From: Octopus vulgaris
Taxonomy: Eukaryota
Assembly (NCBI GenBank): GCA_951406725.2
Contig: OX597826.1
Span: 6,138,001 to 6,202,000 of the forward strand
Length of the DNA: 64,000 bases
Direction of reading: 5' to 3'
Shown: positions 1 through 14,319 of the stretch, one piece after another
Numbering within the stretch: the stretch's first letter is position 1
Layout: each line of letters starts with the position of its first letter
Position numbers and translations under genes: made by a program
The notes under the pieces: generated by a model
The model's database searches: none
What the model saw: the letters and a program-made list of their open reading frames with translations, nothing else
Told to the model about the DNA's origin: nothing

Positions 1-239
1 GTGTGTTTGTTTGTGTTTGTGTGTCTGTGTTTGCCCCACCCCACAACATTACTTGACAACCGACGATGGTGAGTTTACGTCCCCGTAACTTAGCTGTTCT
101 GCTAAATAAACCTATAGAATGAGTACTAGAATAAGTACTAGGCTTACAACGAATAAGTCCCGTAGGTATATTTGCTCGACTAAAGGTGGTGTTCCAGCAT
201 GGGCGCATTCAAATGACTGAAACAAGTAAAAGAACAAGA

Positions 240-241
<2 letters not shown>
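1..241 (+). mobile_element. 3' half of an abundant composite tRNA-derived SINE (family A), cut by the window edge
   Basis: Matches the 3' half (cttgacaaccga...gtttacgtccccgtaacttagc...aataagtactaggcttaca...ccagcatgg...aaatgactgaaacaagtaaaaga) of about 12 other copies in the window; followed by (TA)n. Confidence 0.8.
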
Positions 242-316
<75 letters not shown>

Positions 317-359
317 CAAAGACAGACAGATAGAAACCAGACAGACAGACAGTTAGGCA

Positions 360-421
<62 letters not shown>

Positions 422-499
422 AATTTGTATATATATACACACAGAAACACAAACACAAACACACAGATGTTCATTGTTAGTTAACGCAGAATGCAGTTG

Positions 500-1460
500 T
501 TCACGTAATCCTATCTCTTGCAGTACTCTGCAACTCCGGAGACACTATTGACCACTGCAGTTCCTTCTGACATTTTAAACGGGCGAAAGCGCACATTGTA
601 TCCCTTTAGTGGCGAAGGCAGTGTAAAAACATGTGTTTGCTATTTTGGTAGATCTGTTAGTGAGGTTATTCTTGGGCCAAAAATCCCCCACTTCTGCTAT
701 TGTTATAATCGTTTTGGAGTCGAACTCTTGGTTTTGTTCCAAGAACCGTTGGAATTTCTGATACCGACATACTCTTTGTGCTTCGGCGAGTATATCTTGC
801 TTTAGCTGTTCTGTAATTTTGTATTTCCGTAGTATTTTTCTTCTCTTCTTGTTACTTAGTAATTTTGTTTACCTACTGGTTTCATTAAAGGTTGACAGAT
901 TATTTCTTCTATTTTCTATTCTTTTCCCACGGACACACTTTAGATTGTGATACTTCTGTTTGGATGGATTTGAGGGGTATCCAGCTTCTTTAATGGCCAC
1001 AAATGCTACTGCACATATTATATCATTTAACCTGGTCATACTTATATTTCTTGCTATTAGTTCCGTGATGGCCAGATTTATGTTACTTATTATTGTTGCT
1101 GTTTTATTCTCAACCTTAATTTGCGGATGGTACAATCGGTGACACATACTGAGATATGTGGCTTTTGACTCTTTGATTATTTTCATCTTTAGAGTATCAT
1201 AATCATGATTTTTGCCTTAATTGTTTCTAAGTTTAAGATTTGCACCGCATTTCTTCCTGTTAATACTTTTGTCTGTGGTGCATTTGCACATCATTATGCA
1301 TTCCTACGGTTTGAGTTTTCTATGCTTCATTCTTTCGATTTCGTTGCATATATTAAGTCTACATTTTATGCTATCATTTGGCCCTGTTGTATGGTCACTA
1401 TCTAAGTTTGCCTAATGTATTTTTTCTGTTGAATGCTTTATTTCAAATTCTGATATATTT
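500..1460 (-). pseudogene. Decayed N-terminal ORF region of an R4/Dong-like non-LTR retrotransposon
   Basis: Minus-strand translation near 715-810 reads EQLKQDILAEAQRVCRYQKFQRFLEQNQEFDSK, resembling the pre-RT segment of R4/Dong-type ORFs; broken by stops and frameshifts; upstream end abuts an (AAT)n tract, the known Dong target type. Confidence 0.5.
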
Positions 1461-1482
1461 TATTCTTATAATATATCATTGT

Positions 1483-1505
1483 AATTATTATTATTAATAT
1501 TATCA

Positions 1506-1564
<59 letters not shown>

Positions 1565-1621
1565 TTGTATATTTAATAGTTTTTCATGGAAATCTTTTAC
1601 AATGACTTGAATAATAATAGC

Positions 1622-1678
<57 letters not shown>
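1483..1678. repeat. (ATT)n then (AAT)n microsatellites in opposite orientation around a ~48-bp unique spacer
   Basis: Read directly from the sequence. Confidence 0.9.
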
Positions 1679-1679
1679 T

Positions 1680-2233
1680 GCCCTGATGCAGTACCAGGCA
1701 CTGGCTCTCATGTCTTCTGATCTTAACTGATTGGAAGTGTTATCATCTACATTGTTTTGTCTTGGTATAAAAGATGGGCTACAGCAAATATTCTACTCAG
1801 TACCACAGATTTGCTTGTCAGTTGTTTGACCTTAACCAGTTGAGCATGTTCCTTAGTGGCTGACGATATGTGCATCTCTGATCACAAGCAGAAGTAGTCG
1901 GGGAGCATCATAGCCATGTGTTGAGAGGGATTCTTTGGGGTTTGAATAATTCACCTCTGGTAACATGGGTGGTTCTTTCAACATCCTTAAACAACCCTTA
2001 TTCAGGGACCTTTTGAGCGGGATGGGCTACTCAACCTGAAGAAAATTCTAACTGGGCCCCACCTGCAAGGTCATGTGCTGTTTATCTTGATATGAGATCA
2101 CCATGTCGCGCACATATGGTTGTGATGCATGTGCCTGGTGTAACCTTATCAGACGGGTAGTCATGATGGGTATATTGGGCTTCGTATATTTTACCCCAGT
2201 GTCACTTTGATGGCATGCACTGCTCTCTCACTC
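1680..2233 (+). mobile_element. ~550-bp non-coding interspersed repeat inserted in (AAT)n, probably the 3' part or a non-autonomous derivative of an (AAT)n-targeting LINE
   Basis: More GC-rich block with sharp boundaries and (AAT)n directly on both sides (1623-1678, 2234-2350); no ORF. Confidence 0.55.
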
Positions 2234-2304
<71 letters not shown>

Positions 2305-4162
2305 TAATAATAATAATAATAACAACAACAACAACAACATAAATAATAATGGTAGTAATCAGATTGATATTCTTAATCATATTACAAATGATGGCTGGTA
2401 AATTGATACTAATTTAACTATGGAAACACGATAGTCTAGTTTATGGTGGTGATACTGGAATAGAAAATAATCAACCATGCTATGCATGACGAATCCAGTG
2501 GTAGGGGGCTATTCACAAGGATCCAGGAGGCAGGACGGTCCCTGCAAAAATGCACTGCGCACAATATTCGTTAATAATATTTATTCGAAAATTATTCATG
2601 CTATTTTTTTATGGTGTAAGATGACGCAAAGTCAAATAAACGAAATGAATGTGAGAAGTTCAAAGTAGACACAGAGAAACTCAAAAACTTACTTAAATGA
2701 AAGTGCGATTGATGCTGTAAGGCAGGATAGAGGACTGTATAGAAGCAATATACCATATTGAAGGCAGAGCAAATGGAAGAGAAAGAAGGGTCCATAGGAT
2801 AACCCCCCCTCAAATGACGTAATATAGACAGATCTTTGGGCCACTTTTCCAAGAATCCCCGATAGAGGGAAGGTGGGTCAAAAGCCTAGCATTGGTAGTC
2901 GTATGATGTATGAGAGCTCACTATCAATGAAAAAACTGTGTTTCAATGCAGAAAAATTTTGATAGATTGTTTCTACTTGGAACAAGTTCATCCTAGGTTA
3001 AATTTGGTATCGATCACTGCAGAAATTTCGTTGCGAACGAATAACAGGATTCTACAGATACCTATTAAGTACTGATAGTTCTATAATCGACTATATTCTT
3101 CCAAGAACATTTCTTTCATTGTGTATACATTAGTCTTCACTCTTAATATTTTCGATTTCCGAAATCAATGGCATATCAGAGATCAATAATACTGCTATCG
3201 AAAAACGATCTATATTTGATTTTAAAAATGAGTATTCGATACCCGAAAACATTAAAAAGAATGATACACCATACTTATATGAAATACAATCGTAAAAGCA
3301 AGATATTTAATATATCACTTTTCTGATTAGAAAACAACTTCTATACGTTTTCAATTTACGCTTCCCACCATATTGGAATTTACAAGTAAGCAAATAAATT
3401 CGTTGTTTGAAACAAGTTTCCTATCATATAAATGCTTTCTTTTACATCGTATGTATTCGCTATAACATTGTTCGATATGTTTACAATAGACGAATCTTTC
3501 CATATATTTTATTCCTGATCAAGCATAAGTTTTCCTCTCTTGGTCTTTCTTACTTTTCTTCTAATCTCAGCAAATTCCAGGGCAGCAAGGGTTAAGTGCT
3601 ATGCAAAGTGATGCTGGGAAAAATAAAGCAACACATCACAGCCTGTGAGATTCCAATATGCTAACATATATGTCGGCGTACTCGTATATGTAAATGCATA
3701 TACACACATATACATGTATGTATAATCACGTGTAAACGCTCACATATACATGCATTCGAGCATCGTTTTGTGAAATGCGTATAGAAACATGTACAATATT
3801 CTATAGAGTTGTACATCCAACCAATGGCCTTTAGAGAGGCAAAGATATGCGTTACCATCATCTGACACACTCGAAGTGCATACAATGTGAACACAATAAA
3901 CTCTGTATGTATACATACATATATACATGCATGTATGTGTCTATCTAACTACCTATCTGCCTGACTCTGTTTCTATCTTTCTATTTATCTTGCTTTGATT
4001 ATGTGCTTTAATATATACAACACACTCACATATATACGTATATTTATGGCAAAATGCATAGATACATATGCATACGAATGTTAAATATATGTATATATAT
4101 ATGTCTACATACACATATATGATATATATACATACAGTGAGATATACATTCATACATATATG

Positions 4163-4205
<43 letters not shown>

Positions 4206-4884
4206 CGTTTATGTATATATATATGTATATATATATATATGTGTGTGAACATATTAATTGTCTTGTCCTGCGTATAAAAGCATTTTAACAGGAAATTTCT
4301 CTCTTCTACTTCCCATAGAATTACTGAAAGTGCTGTCATATAGACTCAATAGAAAATAAATAACATATGCGATAATAATTCGGATGTTTTGGATTGAAAT
4401 ATCAGAAGCCTTAGAAATGTATCTTAGAATTGTATACTTAACAGTGGAATGATATTGTGCTGCAGCCGTTAAAGTGTATTCTAAATGGAACGAATTAACA
4501 ATGCCCAGACAAACTTGTCATATGAATACAGACAAGTGCTTCTCATCTTAACTTTTCTATAAACACATTCTAAACGAATAATATTCTGTATACGATCTTT
4601 GTTGAACTAAGGGTAGGAATTGATGAGGAAATGTGAAACTTTTAAGCGTACATTCCCTTCCTCAATTCTTTTCATTCTTGTTTGACATCAAGTGATAGTT
4701 GGTAAAAAGTTCTATGAATTATGATTTTCCTCAAAGTAGATTTTTAACGTCGTTTACCGATAAATTAAAGAAACATCTCGGATAAAATACTAAGTAACAA
4801 AAATGAACTTTGATGAATTATTAATACGCCATCAACGAACATGTAGGTTATCAATTTACTGTGGAGTAGAATTCAATTTTATTA

Positions 4885-4957
<73 letters not shown>

Positions 4958-5085
4958 TATTATTAATTGCATATTCAATAGTTTTTCGTGGAAGTCTTTT
5001 ACAATGACTTGAAGGGTATATTGATACATTATACATAGTTATCAAATATTTCTAACTTTAAATTTAATCGATATATTACATTTGG

Positions 5086-5143
<58 letters not shown>

Positions 5144-5148
<5 letters not shown>

Positions 5149-5548
5149 TGTAGGAGTGGTTGTGTGGTACGTAGCTTCCTTACCAACTGTATGGTTGCGG
5201 TTTCAGTCCCACTGCGTGGCACCTTGGGCAAATGTCTTCTACTATAGCCTCGGGCCGACCAAAGCCTTGTGAGTGGATTTGGTAGACGGAAAGAGAAAGA
5301 AGCCCGTCGTATATATGTATTTATATATGTATGTGTGTGTATATGCTTGTGTGTCTGCTTGTCCCACAACATCGCTTGACAACCGATGGTGGTGTTTACG
5401 TTCGCCTAACCTAACGGCTCGGCAAAAGACACCGATAAAATAAGTACTAGACTTACAAAGCATAAGTCTTGGGGTCGATTTGCTCGACAAAAGGCGGTGC
5501 TCCAGCATGGCTGCAGTCAAATAACTTAAGGAAATGAAAGAATAAGAA
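5144..5548 (+). mobile_element. Family A SINE, near full length
   Basis: tRNA-like head (ggagtggttgtgtggta...ggtttcagtcc), internal (TA)/(TG) microsatellite, conserved 3' half; homologous to the other copies. Confidence 0.85.
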
Positions 5549-5765
5549 AAAAAACTCTCTCGATCAATGCACATGGGAAGGGACAAGTTTATGTATGAAA
5601 TATGTTCAATGCTGTAAAATATATTATAGAATATATTAATTGTACTTTACTATATTTAACTATCTTTCATAGAAACTACGTTAAGCATATATATTGCTTA
5701 CAGATATATGTATCTTCAATAGTTCATGTATATACATTTATACACATGTGCGTGTGTGTGTTTGG

Positions 5766-5818
<53 letters not shown>

Positions 5819-6290
5819 GGTATATACGTATGTATGAATGTATGTATATATAAAAACGACGATAGATCCCTCTACAATTTATTGTAAATCCACTGGCAAA
5901 GCATTGGTTATAATCAAATATATTCGAGAAAATTCTCTAATTCTAACTTGGAACCTTCAACCGTTGTTCTTGTAAGACATCTCGATGCCTGTCTGTATAT
6001 GAAATTACGGACACCCGTAATACTTCGCTCATCACCAGGGTTACACAGACTTCCCAAGTTCAACCTAAAATTTCTTGTTTGCTTTTTCTTGCTATTTTCT
6101 ATACATGACAAAATTGCAGACTAGAGCATATACATGATCAGTAAAACAGATTTCAGAACTTACGATATAAACACAGCGATGTCAGTCGGCATACTGCTTC
6201 ATGAAGATCACTGCTAGCTCGGACTGTGCACGCAACCGTGTGCTACCATCTCTTCGTGCACCATAGAATTTTTTATACCTCCTAGTTCGA

Positions 6291-6315
6291 GAATTTTTTG
6301 ATACCCCCTCGTGTA
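6291..6315 (-). mobile_element. Tc1/mariner-type terminal inverted repeat end (relic)
   Basis: Minus strand reads TAcacgagggggtatcaaaaaattc, resembling mariner termini (TA-CGAGGG...AAAA); partner end not found. Confidence 0.35.
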
Positions 6316-7454
6316 CCTTCTCTTATTTCATTTTGTTGTTGCGCATATAAATCTTCTCGCTGATTTCTTGAACTCCAGATAAATTTCTCAAAATTCTTAT
6401 TGGAGTTTCCCATGAAACACTTTGGAAAATTCATGCCAATATGAAAACTATGTCAATTATAAATAAATTATTGCTGTCTAAATCCACATTTGTCACGCAA
6501 CTGTTCGATTCAGTATTCCTAGTAATATGCGACGTGAGAAACAGAAGTTTATCTTTAAGCGATTTGAGTGTGGCGGATTCTGTTTTCAATGGTGTTTCAT
6601 CTAAATTAATCTTCATTATATTCCTTCAAAATTCCTGGATTGCCAGTTAGGATAACCGCGGTTATGTGTATGCATTGAAACACACAAGAAACACACATAC
6701 ACACAAACACATATCTGCTAAAATGAGATGTCAGTGTTAATTTCCTTTTTGCGTAATTTAGACGACAATTTATTCTCCGCACCCTGTATACACACACACA
6801 CGGTATTTTCTCTTAGTTACTTAGGAATGGACATATTTTTCAACACCAGTATTTCGAGGGTTTATCAACAATTCATGGATACATTAGTGTTGCAATGTCA
6901 TATCGAAAGTGATACAATTCATTCCGTACAACACACACTGCACATCTGCATTGAGTAATATTACCTCAGACAAATGAGGAAAGACAGCGAAGTATGTAAT
7001 GTAACCAATAATATTCTGTCCCAGACAGTGTGGTAAACTGTAACTAAAATTGATTCTAAACCGCCCAATTATATTTAATTATTAACAACCACTGCTGTTA
7101 TTGATACAGCAGTTTATTAGATTTCATTTCTTATTACGATGCATCAATCTTTATAAAATGAACTCCCTCCAGTATTATGAAGCATATTAATATATTATTC
7201 TGCTTAATATCATACCCTTCGCTGTATCATGTCGTTTAATTTATTAGCGAATATGTCAGGCAGGTGAAATGTGACATATTAGCGCCTAGTCGTAAATACT
7301 TACTTTTGCGCTCGCGCACGTATGTGCGCATGTATGTGTCCGTGTGCGAGTGCGTGTGTACATGCGTGGATATGTGATGTGCGTGTTAGTATGTATATTT
7401 AATTGCACGTTTGGGTGAAAGAATAATGAAATTAATACAAATAATATTGATTAC

Positions 7455-7539
7455 AGTAGTAGTAGTAGTAGTAGTAGTAGAAGTAGTGGCAGTTGCAGCA
7501 GTAGTAGTAGTAATAATAGTAGTAGAAGTAGTAGTAGTG

Positions 7540-7590
<51 letters not shown>

Positions 7591-7620
7591 AGAGTTGTTG
7601 TTGTTGTTGTTGTTGTAGTT
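7455..7620. repeat. (GTA)n/(GTT)n microsatellite
   Basis: Read directly; source of the poly-V, poly-Y and poly-L ORFs. Confidence 0.95.
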
Positions 7621-7759
7621 GTGTGGTTGGAGTGTTCTTAAAATCACAAGTTCTCTCAAGAAACTGGAAATAGTATTGAAGTTTTCTGGATAAATATATG
7701 TATGTATGTATATATATATATATATATACATACATACTTGCATGCATACATACATACAT

Positions 7760-7855
<96 letters not shown>

Positions 7856-9559
7856 CAGTAGTTAAATTTAACAATATTCAAAATTTTGCTGAAAATATCA
7901 CTCAATACAGTTAACTAGAATGTCATTAGTTTTCTTCTTTCTATCAGAAAATCTAACATTGACACAAAACTGAAAGTTCTAATTTACTAACAAGTTGATT
8001 TTTGTCAAAAGAGTCTGTAAATATGCCTGTGTTATTGTGCGTCTTTACGTGTGTGTGTGTGTGTGTGAGCATGTATATGAGTATGTTATTGTCTTGTTGG
8101 TGTGTGCACAAGCTCTTTATTTTATCGCGTCGAACAAAGGAAAGGAAATGCCCCATACATGAATACATAAGAATGGAATTTATTTGTAGTTTCAGAATTG
8201 CAAGCCGCTTCAATTTATCCATAATTATTGTTGTCTGTAGTTAAGTATACAAAATTATTTTTTACAAGAATCATCGATGTTAATAACGTTATGTCTAAAT
8301 TCATGACTAAAATCTCGAACCTGAATCGCTCCACAGGGAGTTTTATTCTAGTCTTCATGACTTGTCAATATTATTCAAATATACGTAATGTAATATATAT
8401 TGTAGATGTTTTGCTTTTAATATCGCTGTATATTTTTGTTTTAGTGCCTGTTATGTAGACAAAGGCCGCATTTCAAAACCAGAATTGTGTTAGTGATAAC
8501 AAAGTGGGCAATGTCAGTACCAAAACAATCGTATATACTCAATGATGCCAAAACAATTAAGTATACGTATGAAAATGTCAGCTGAAATGGGCCTTTATAA
8601 TTGAAATAATCCGATGAAAATATATGTAGAACCACACTCGTTTGAACTGCCACGACAGTTTTCACCTACTTAATTCTGATTAATAGTAAAGGAACTCAAT
8701 GTTTCAAAATCTATATAAGACTGACAATAAATGATTCTGATGGCATTTGAGTAGGGACTCCAAGTAGAAAGTCTAGTGCTTGCTCAATTTGGTCACCTAC
8801 TTCGTGGATGAAGATATTGAAGGCACTATTTATATTCCTTCGGTTGTCAGTGTTACTGGTAATCATATTATAAACAAAATACAGAGTGTTTAGTTGCTTC
8901 TATATAATCATGGTTTGTATATTCTCTGAAGCGGTTTCGAGATTTTGTTGTCAGCATATTCTTGCATACGGCCTGGACGTTAGTTATATCACGATATTTT
9001 CTATTCAATGTGAAATTAGGATATTGTGTATATTATCTACAAAACATATTGTATTTTTTGAACGATTGTAGATCGTGACAAGCTGGTTGAAATATTCACT
9101 ATAATTTGTTCATTAAAATGTGCAGCGATGATTTGCTTGATACAAAATGAAATAACATAAAGAAAGGATGATTCTATAAAGATTACATTGTAATATGGAA
9201 GTGGAACCCATTTAACATCTGACATTAACCACGATATACAATGCATTGCACTGTAATATTACTATATAACAGCATCTAATTGACGGATCTACTGTAGCTG
9301 TTTTTACTTAGTTGAAGTGGAACGGAACAAGAAAAATTGCCATACGATTACAAACATTACGTTTATTGATTTAGAAAATGAGATATGAGTTATCATTAAG
9401 CGTTCTAACAACTGAAATTGCTCTCAGCCCTAACCGATTACACATAATCATTTACCTTGTTTTCCCAAATGTCAGTTAAATTTAATTCCAGTAATGTTTA
9501 CGAAATGAAATCACTATTCGAACACATATATTTCATCTCATCTTCGCCCACTTCATTCT

Positions 9560-9790
9560 AGGAGAGACGTGGAGCAGAGTCCTCAAGCACATCTATCAGG
9601 CCCTGTGAGAAGCAGGACTTGATTGGTCTGATGCGTCACTAAACAGATCAAATGAGCGCATAGATGTTATCCGACTACGTTACTCCTGGTCTACCACTGG
9701 GTTCTGCCGGTTGGCTTTGCCCGCAAAACCTCGGCAGAGCAGTTTCTCGATAGAGTTATTCTGCTAGAGAGTGGGTTGTAGATGGTGCAT
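9560..9790 (-). mobile_element. Possible 3' relic of an RTE-clade LINE
   Basis: Minus strand gives VLRAKPTGRT-(frameshift)-GRP, like the RTE C-terminal G-x-R-x-x-G-R-P motif; heavily decayed. Confidence 0.35.
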
Positions 9791-10939
9791 AGCGATAAGA
9801 TCAACAGATGTGATTATTTGCAAAATATGCGGGCTAACACCTGATGAATAATCAACTCCGGACCAAAAAGTAAACTATCAGAGGAAAACTACAACAACCC
9901 AGTGATATTGTTATGAGGAGGTGAGAAAAGGTTGCCTCAAAAAAGGTCTAGTCATCACGGAACAAAGGAAATATTCAAATTCGTGAAGGGTGCGAATGAA
10001 ACAACCAAACAAGGCAACATGGTTAGAGAAATAGAAAACGGTTTATGCCGCGGATAACAAGGGATATGTGCAGGACCGGTCCGGAAATGATATAGCAGAC
10101 TCCATCGAATACTTTGAAACTAGTCGATGGGCCTCCAGCCTGTCCTGAAAAGAGCAGGATATTTAGATGTACAGAATTAGCACATATGGAGACTCCAAAA
10201 AGGATCCAGAAGTTAAAATCATAGATTAACGCGCGCACTTCCCCCAACACACACGTATCACATGAGAACTACTGACGCTATATATACAGTGTGCATTTAA
10301 ACACATAAGATGTATTCGACATACGATTTCTTTCACGATAGAAGGAACAGCTAAAGTCCAAACCACTATTAGGGATAAAAACTCGAAGGAAATGAAAAAT
10401 TAAAACACTTACCATCTCTCTCCTGGACCATGATTTCTGACCATTTTTTAGCACATCAAATAATTTGCTAGACGCAGTCTTCATCAACAGGTACACCTAG
10501 ATTAAACATATAAGTACGAGGCCAGTTCAGCATGTGCCTCTTGCTTATGCATTATAAATTTTCAAATCTACTGCGCAAGCGCAGATTTTTGTCGGCAGCA
10601 AAAGATGCCGGCACTAATTTTTCTACACGCTAGGCCACAGGTAGTAAAAAGTCCTAAAATCTTTATTACCCTGATATTATTAATTATTGATTTTTTTTCT
10701 GGAAAATTGTTTGAAGAAATGGCGGTATTCCTCAACAGTTTAATCACCGTCGTCGGTGGATAGTCAAAATAGATAGACAAGATCCTTTCACTCTTGTATT
10801 CTCTAAAAAAATTACAGTATAAGAATAAATAATAAATTAAAAATGCGAAAACCACTAAAACTAATCTCCAGTGCCAATATAGGACTATATAGATTTAAAA
10901 GGTATGGAAGATCCTACATACAAAAGAACTATGTACATA

Positions 10940-11130
10940 CACCGAATTTGAGAAAATCCCGGGGGAACCACTGTTTTTCCCGGTTTGTCCATTTACGCAG
11001 GAGCTCAGGGCAAAATGTTATAGTGCGTGACCATTCCTGAGACATAAGTGATGTGAATGTAAAGTTTGGTGAAATCGGTTGAGAAATGTGGAAATGTATG
11101 CGTTATTCAATAAACATACAAATTATAGAT
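10940..11130 (+). mobile_element. Possible Helentron/DINE-1-like non-autonomous element 3' end
   Basis: aaagtttggtgaaatcggttgagaaatgtggaaatgtat...aaacatacaaattatagat resembles the 3' signature of HINE/DINE-like elements. Confidence 0.3.
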
Positions 11131-11759
11131 CGTAGACACTACACTTTCTTTATTTTCTCTCCTTGTTTCTTTCTGTGTCCCTTTCTATGGAAGAGCGTAG
11201 ACTCTAAACGTTAAATTCTTTTCACTTCCCGAGCGTTATACTAATACATCTGTTTTGTCTACCCCACCGCGTTATATATACATATATTTCCTCGTGCGTA
11301 TGTGTATTCAGTATTAAACGTAATACGAAACTCCCCAATTCCGTAACATTTTTGTGACGGAAAAAACATAGCAAATAGTATTAGTAATAATGTGTTGGTA
11401 ATAGTATTATTAGTAATACCTGTTATGTATACCTTAGAAGGAAGGGAGATGAGAACTTTACCAAAATTTCGAATTTAAAATATTAATTTCCACGGGCTGA
11501 AAAATGAAAAGGGAATTTGAAGGTTGCCAACCTGGCTGTTATAATTATGTAAATTTATATCAAAATTTTACAAATTAAATTGCATAAAAGTACTAAACTG
11601 ACGTTTAATAAAAAAAAAAGAGGGAGTTTGAGCTGAATTTGACAGTTTGCATAAAAGGAAAAGAAAACACAATACCCATTAACAAATTAAAGTATATTAA
11701 AATATTAAAAAATAACCAGCAGATAATGCGTGGGAGGTAACAGTTTACTCAGCGTAACT

Positions 11760-12160
11760 ACCCTCAGCTTGCACAACGTCCTCAATACGGCTCCAGAACC
11801 TAGAGTATACGTTCCTCTTTGTGTCCTTGGTACGATCTTCGAATACCTCCTTGGTGTTGCTGGCAGTTCGGTCAAAGTCCTTCTCAACCATGCCTCATGC
11901 ATAGTAACCAATGCGATTAAAATCAGGATTATGAGGATGCCGTAAATTGGGACTGGTGCAGTCGTAGAAATTCTCTGACAATGAATTCTGATTCTTTCCG
12001 GAGGATGGCAAGGTGCAGAATCCTACTGCCGCATATATGTCCTTCCAACAACAACAATCTGGAATCAGATATTGGGCACAATCTCCAGCAGCTTCACGTG
12101 ACCATGCGAATTGAGCCTAAAACCATGTTCAAAGACGTGGCGATAAATTCAGGCGTGCAG
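11760..12160 (-). pseudogene. Tc1/mariner superfamily DD37D (maT/Bmmar1-like) transposase relic, catalytic domain
   Basis: Minus strand: YMRQ*DSAPCH-(1-nt deletion)-SGKNQNSLSENFYDCTSPNLRHPHNPDFNRIGYYA*GMVEKD. Exactly 37 residues lie between the second D and the position of the third D (now GGT instead of GAT). Confidence 0.8.
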
Positions 12161-12167
12161 ATGTGGT

Positions 12168-12241
12168 CTCACGTTCTGCTGCCTCACGTCCTGCTGCCTC
12201 ACGTCCTGCTGCCTCACGTCCTGCTGCCTCACGTCCTGCTG
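12168..12241. repeat. 15-bp minisatellite ctcacgtcctgctgc x5
   Basis: Five tandem copies; one substitution in the first and a diverged last base in the fifth. Confidence 0.95.
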
Positions 12242-14319
12242 GTTACGGCTTTGTAGTCTCCGTCGCAGCTGTCTTGTCGTACATCATTTACACTGTTCAC
12301 AGAGTATTATGCAACAGTCAGGATCCTGGCACTTTGATACGCAGCACGAATTGTCATGATGCAGCTAACTCTTTTCCAATATTCAGACGCTTTCTAGCCC
12401 TTCATGTCAGTTAAAGTACAAGTTTATTCTTCATACTCCCCAACGCAGTTGACTGTTGACCAAAACACCACGCTACTTCTTTAAAAAAAATAACATAAAA
12501 ATGAACAAATTTGGCCCGAACACCTTGTAGTTTTTGGCTACTCTAGAGGTGTAAATGGCTAAAAACAAAACTATAAGATTAATCGATTTTACAGTTTGTA
12601 CCGAAACAGACTAATTTCGGCTTTCTAATGAATGTGTATGTACTTGAAAAGGCACCAGTTATTTGTGAAATGACTGAAGGTATTTGGATATCGTATGGAA
12701 CATTTCTGTATCCACTGAGTATAGCGTCTTTAAATAATAGATGAGGGATGTATGCATGTACATATGTATGATGTATGAAGGTTTCTTTGAGTTATTTTTT
12801 TGCATAAATGGCGTCGAAATCGCAGACCCACTTTAACGCTGTCAGAGCTAACTTAAGTTATCTGTTTTCTCTATGTGCTCTCTATTTCAAATCTTGATGC
12901 TTACTAATGTTAATAAAAACAGGCTTCTTTGGAAAGCAGTGGAAACGAGGATAAATATAGCATATCCCTGAAAATACCCTTCGTTATTCCTACTCATATT
13001 TTCCTTGTCCAGTGACGGATAGAAAATAATGGTGGGTAATTTGAATAATTTTCACTTCTGATACCTCGATAATCGTATGTATATATATGGAAAAAATTAA
13101 ACAATATTTTTACAAAACAGATGCATTAATTATGTAGCTGTGTGAACTTGCAAAAATGGTGACCGTTGACAAATATCTTATCCTTTACACATATTTTCTA
13201 TAGATCAGTTAATCAGTTCAACCGCATTACGTATGGCATCCCTTTTACGATTAAGTATTGAGATTTCTCTTTGAAAATTCAACCGAGCACTGGAGTTATA
13301 TTTACTGAAAACGTGATTTCATATCCTGTCGTTGTGAGGTGAAAAGCAAAATTCGGATTTTCTTCTATTGCACAATCCAATAAAGAGCCCTTTATTCACA
13401 TCCCAACAAACTAAATAAAATGAATGACGATTGGTTCGTAAGTTTTCCTTTCGCCTATTCTTTAAAGTTGAGTTACTTAAACATCTTTCTGTGTTTTGCA
13501 CTTAGAAAAGACCATTTTTATCATCCAAACTAATCTTTTTACGTTCTTATATCTCTTTTTTTAACATTCTAAAAATTAGCAAATTTATAACGAGAGATTT
13601 TTGTTCAGAACAAGCTTTTAGAAAAGGTAGACAAATACAGATATATCAAATAAGATGTGAGAAGGTTCTATCATGCTTACTAAATGGTAATTAAGACCAG
13701 TTCCGGTTGGGAGGGACCGATAATCGAAAGATTCAAGGATTTCGAAACCGACATGCCATTACGGAGAACAGGCTTACTGTCCGTAGATAAGAGGATAGTC
13801 ATTGACATGTGTCTCGGGCACATAGAGGCATAAATCATTCTTATAAATCAAGTTCTGTGCGATTTGGTATGCAAATATTTATCGAAGTTGTTCAAATATA
13901 TTGCTCTGGCCGCTCCGCGTAATTTGTCTTAGATCATTGCTTTGCAAAAAATAAGGCATATATATATGCGTGTATACATGTATTTTTACATACACACATA
14001 CATGCTAGAAGCCCTTCAACTTGCTTAAATACCAGTGAGCATAATTAAAGCCATAACTGATCTGACTTCATCGTATGCCACTTTCTTAAAATTAAACATA
14101 ATCAGTTACTGTATTATCACTGATAGAATACAGTAAAATGAATGCTTATAAAAAAGGAATGGCCTTTCTGTAATGTTGTTTTTACTCTCTCTAAACCCGT
14201 TGTCATTTATGTAAATGAGGTCTGAAAGATATATCACTGGTTCACAAGGAAACAGAAATAACAAAATTCTACAGTTTCTTCGTGAATAATTTGAAACTTT
14301 ATGCAAAAGAATATGCACG

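Noticed and set aside
1858-1905. Isolated CUGANGA matches (1860, 2036, 9841, ~22886, ~27136, ~54866)
   Set aside because: None has a helix II followed by in-register GAAA together with a closing helix I.
11180-11220. Hammerhead-like ggaagagc-gtag-actc-taaacgtta
   Set aside because: Both core segments are altered and helix I does not pair; at most an old relic.
12168-12241. CRISPR-like array
   Set aside because: Perfect tandem 15-mers without spacers, in a eukaryotic context, with no cas genes.
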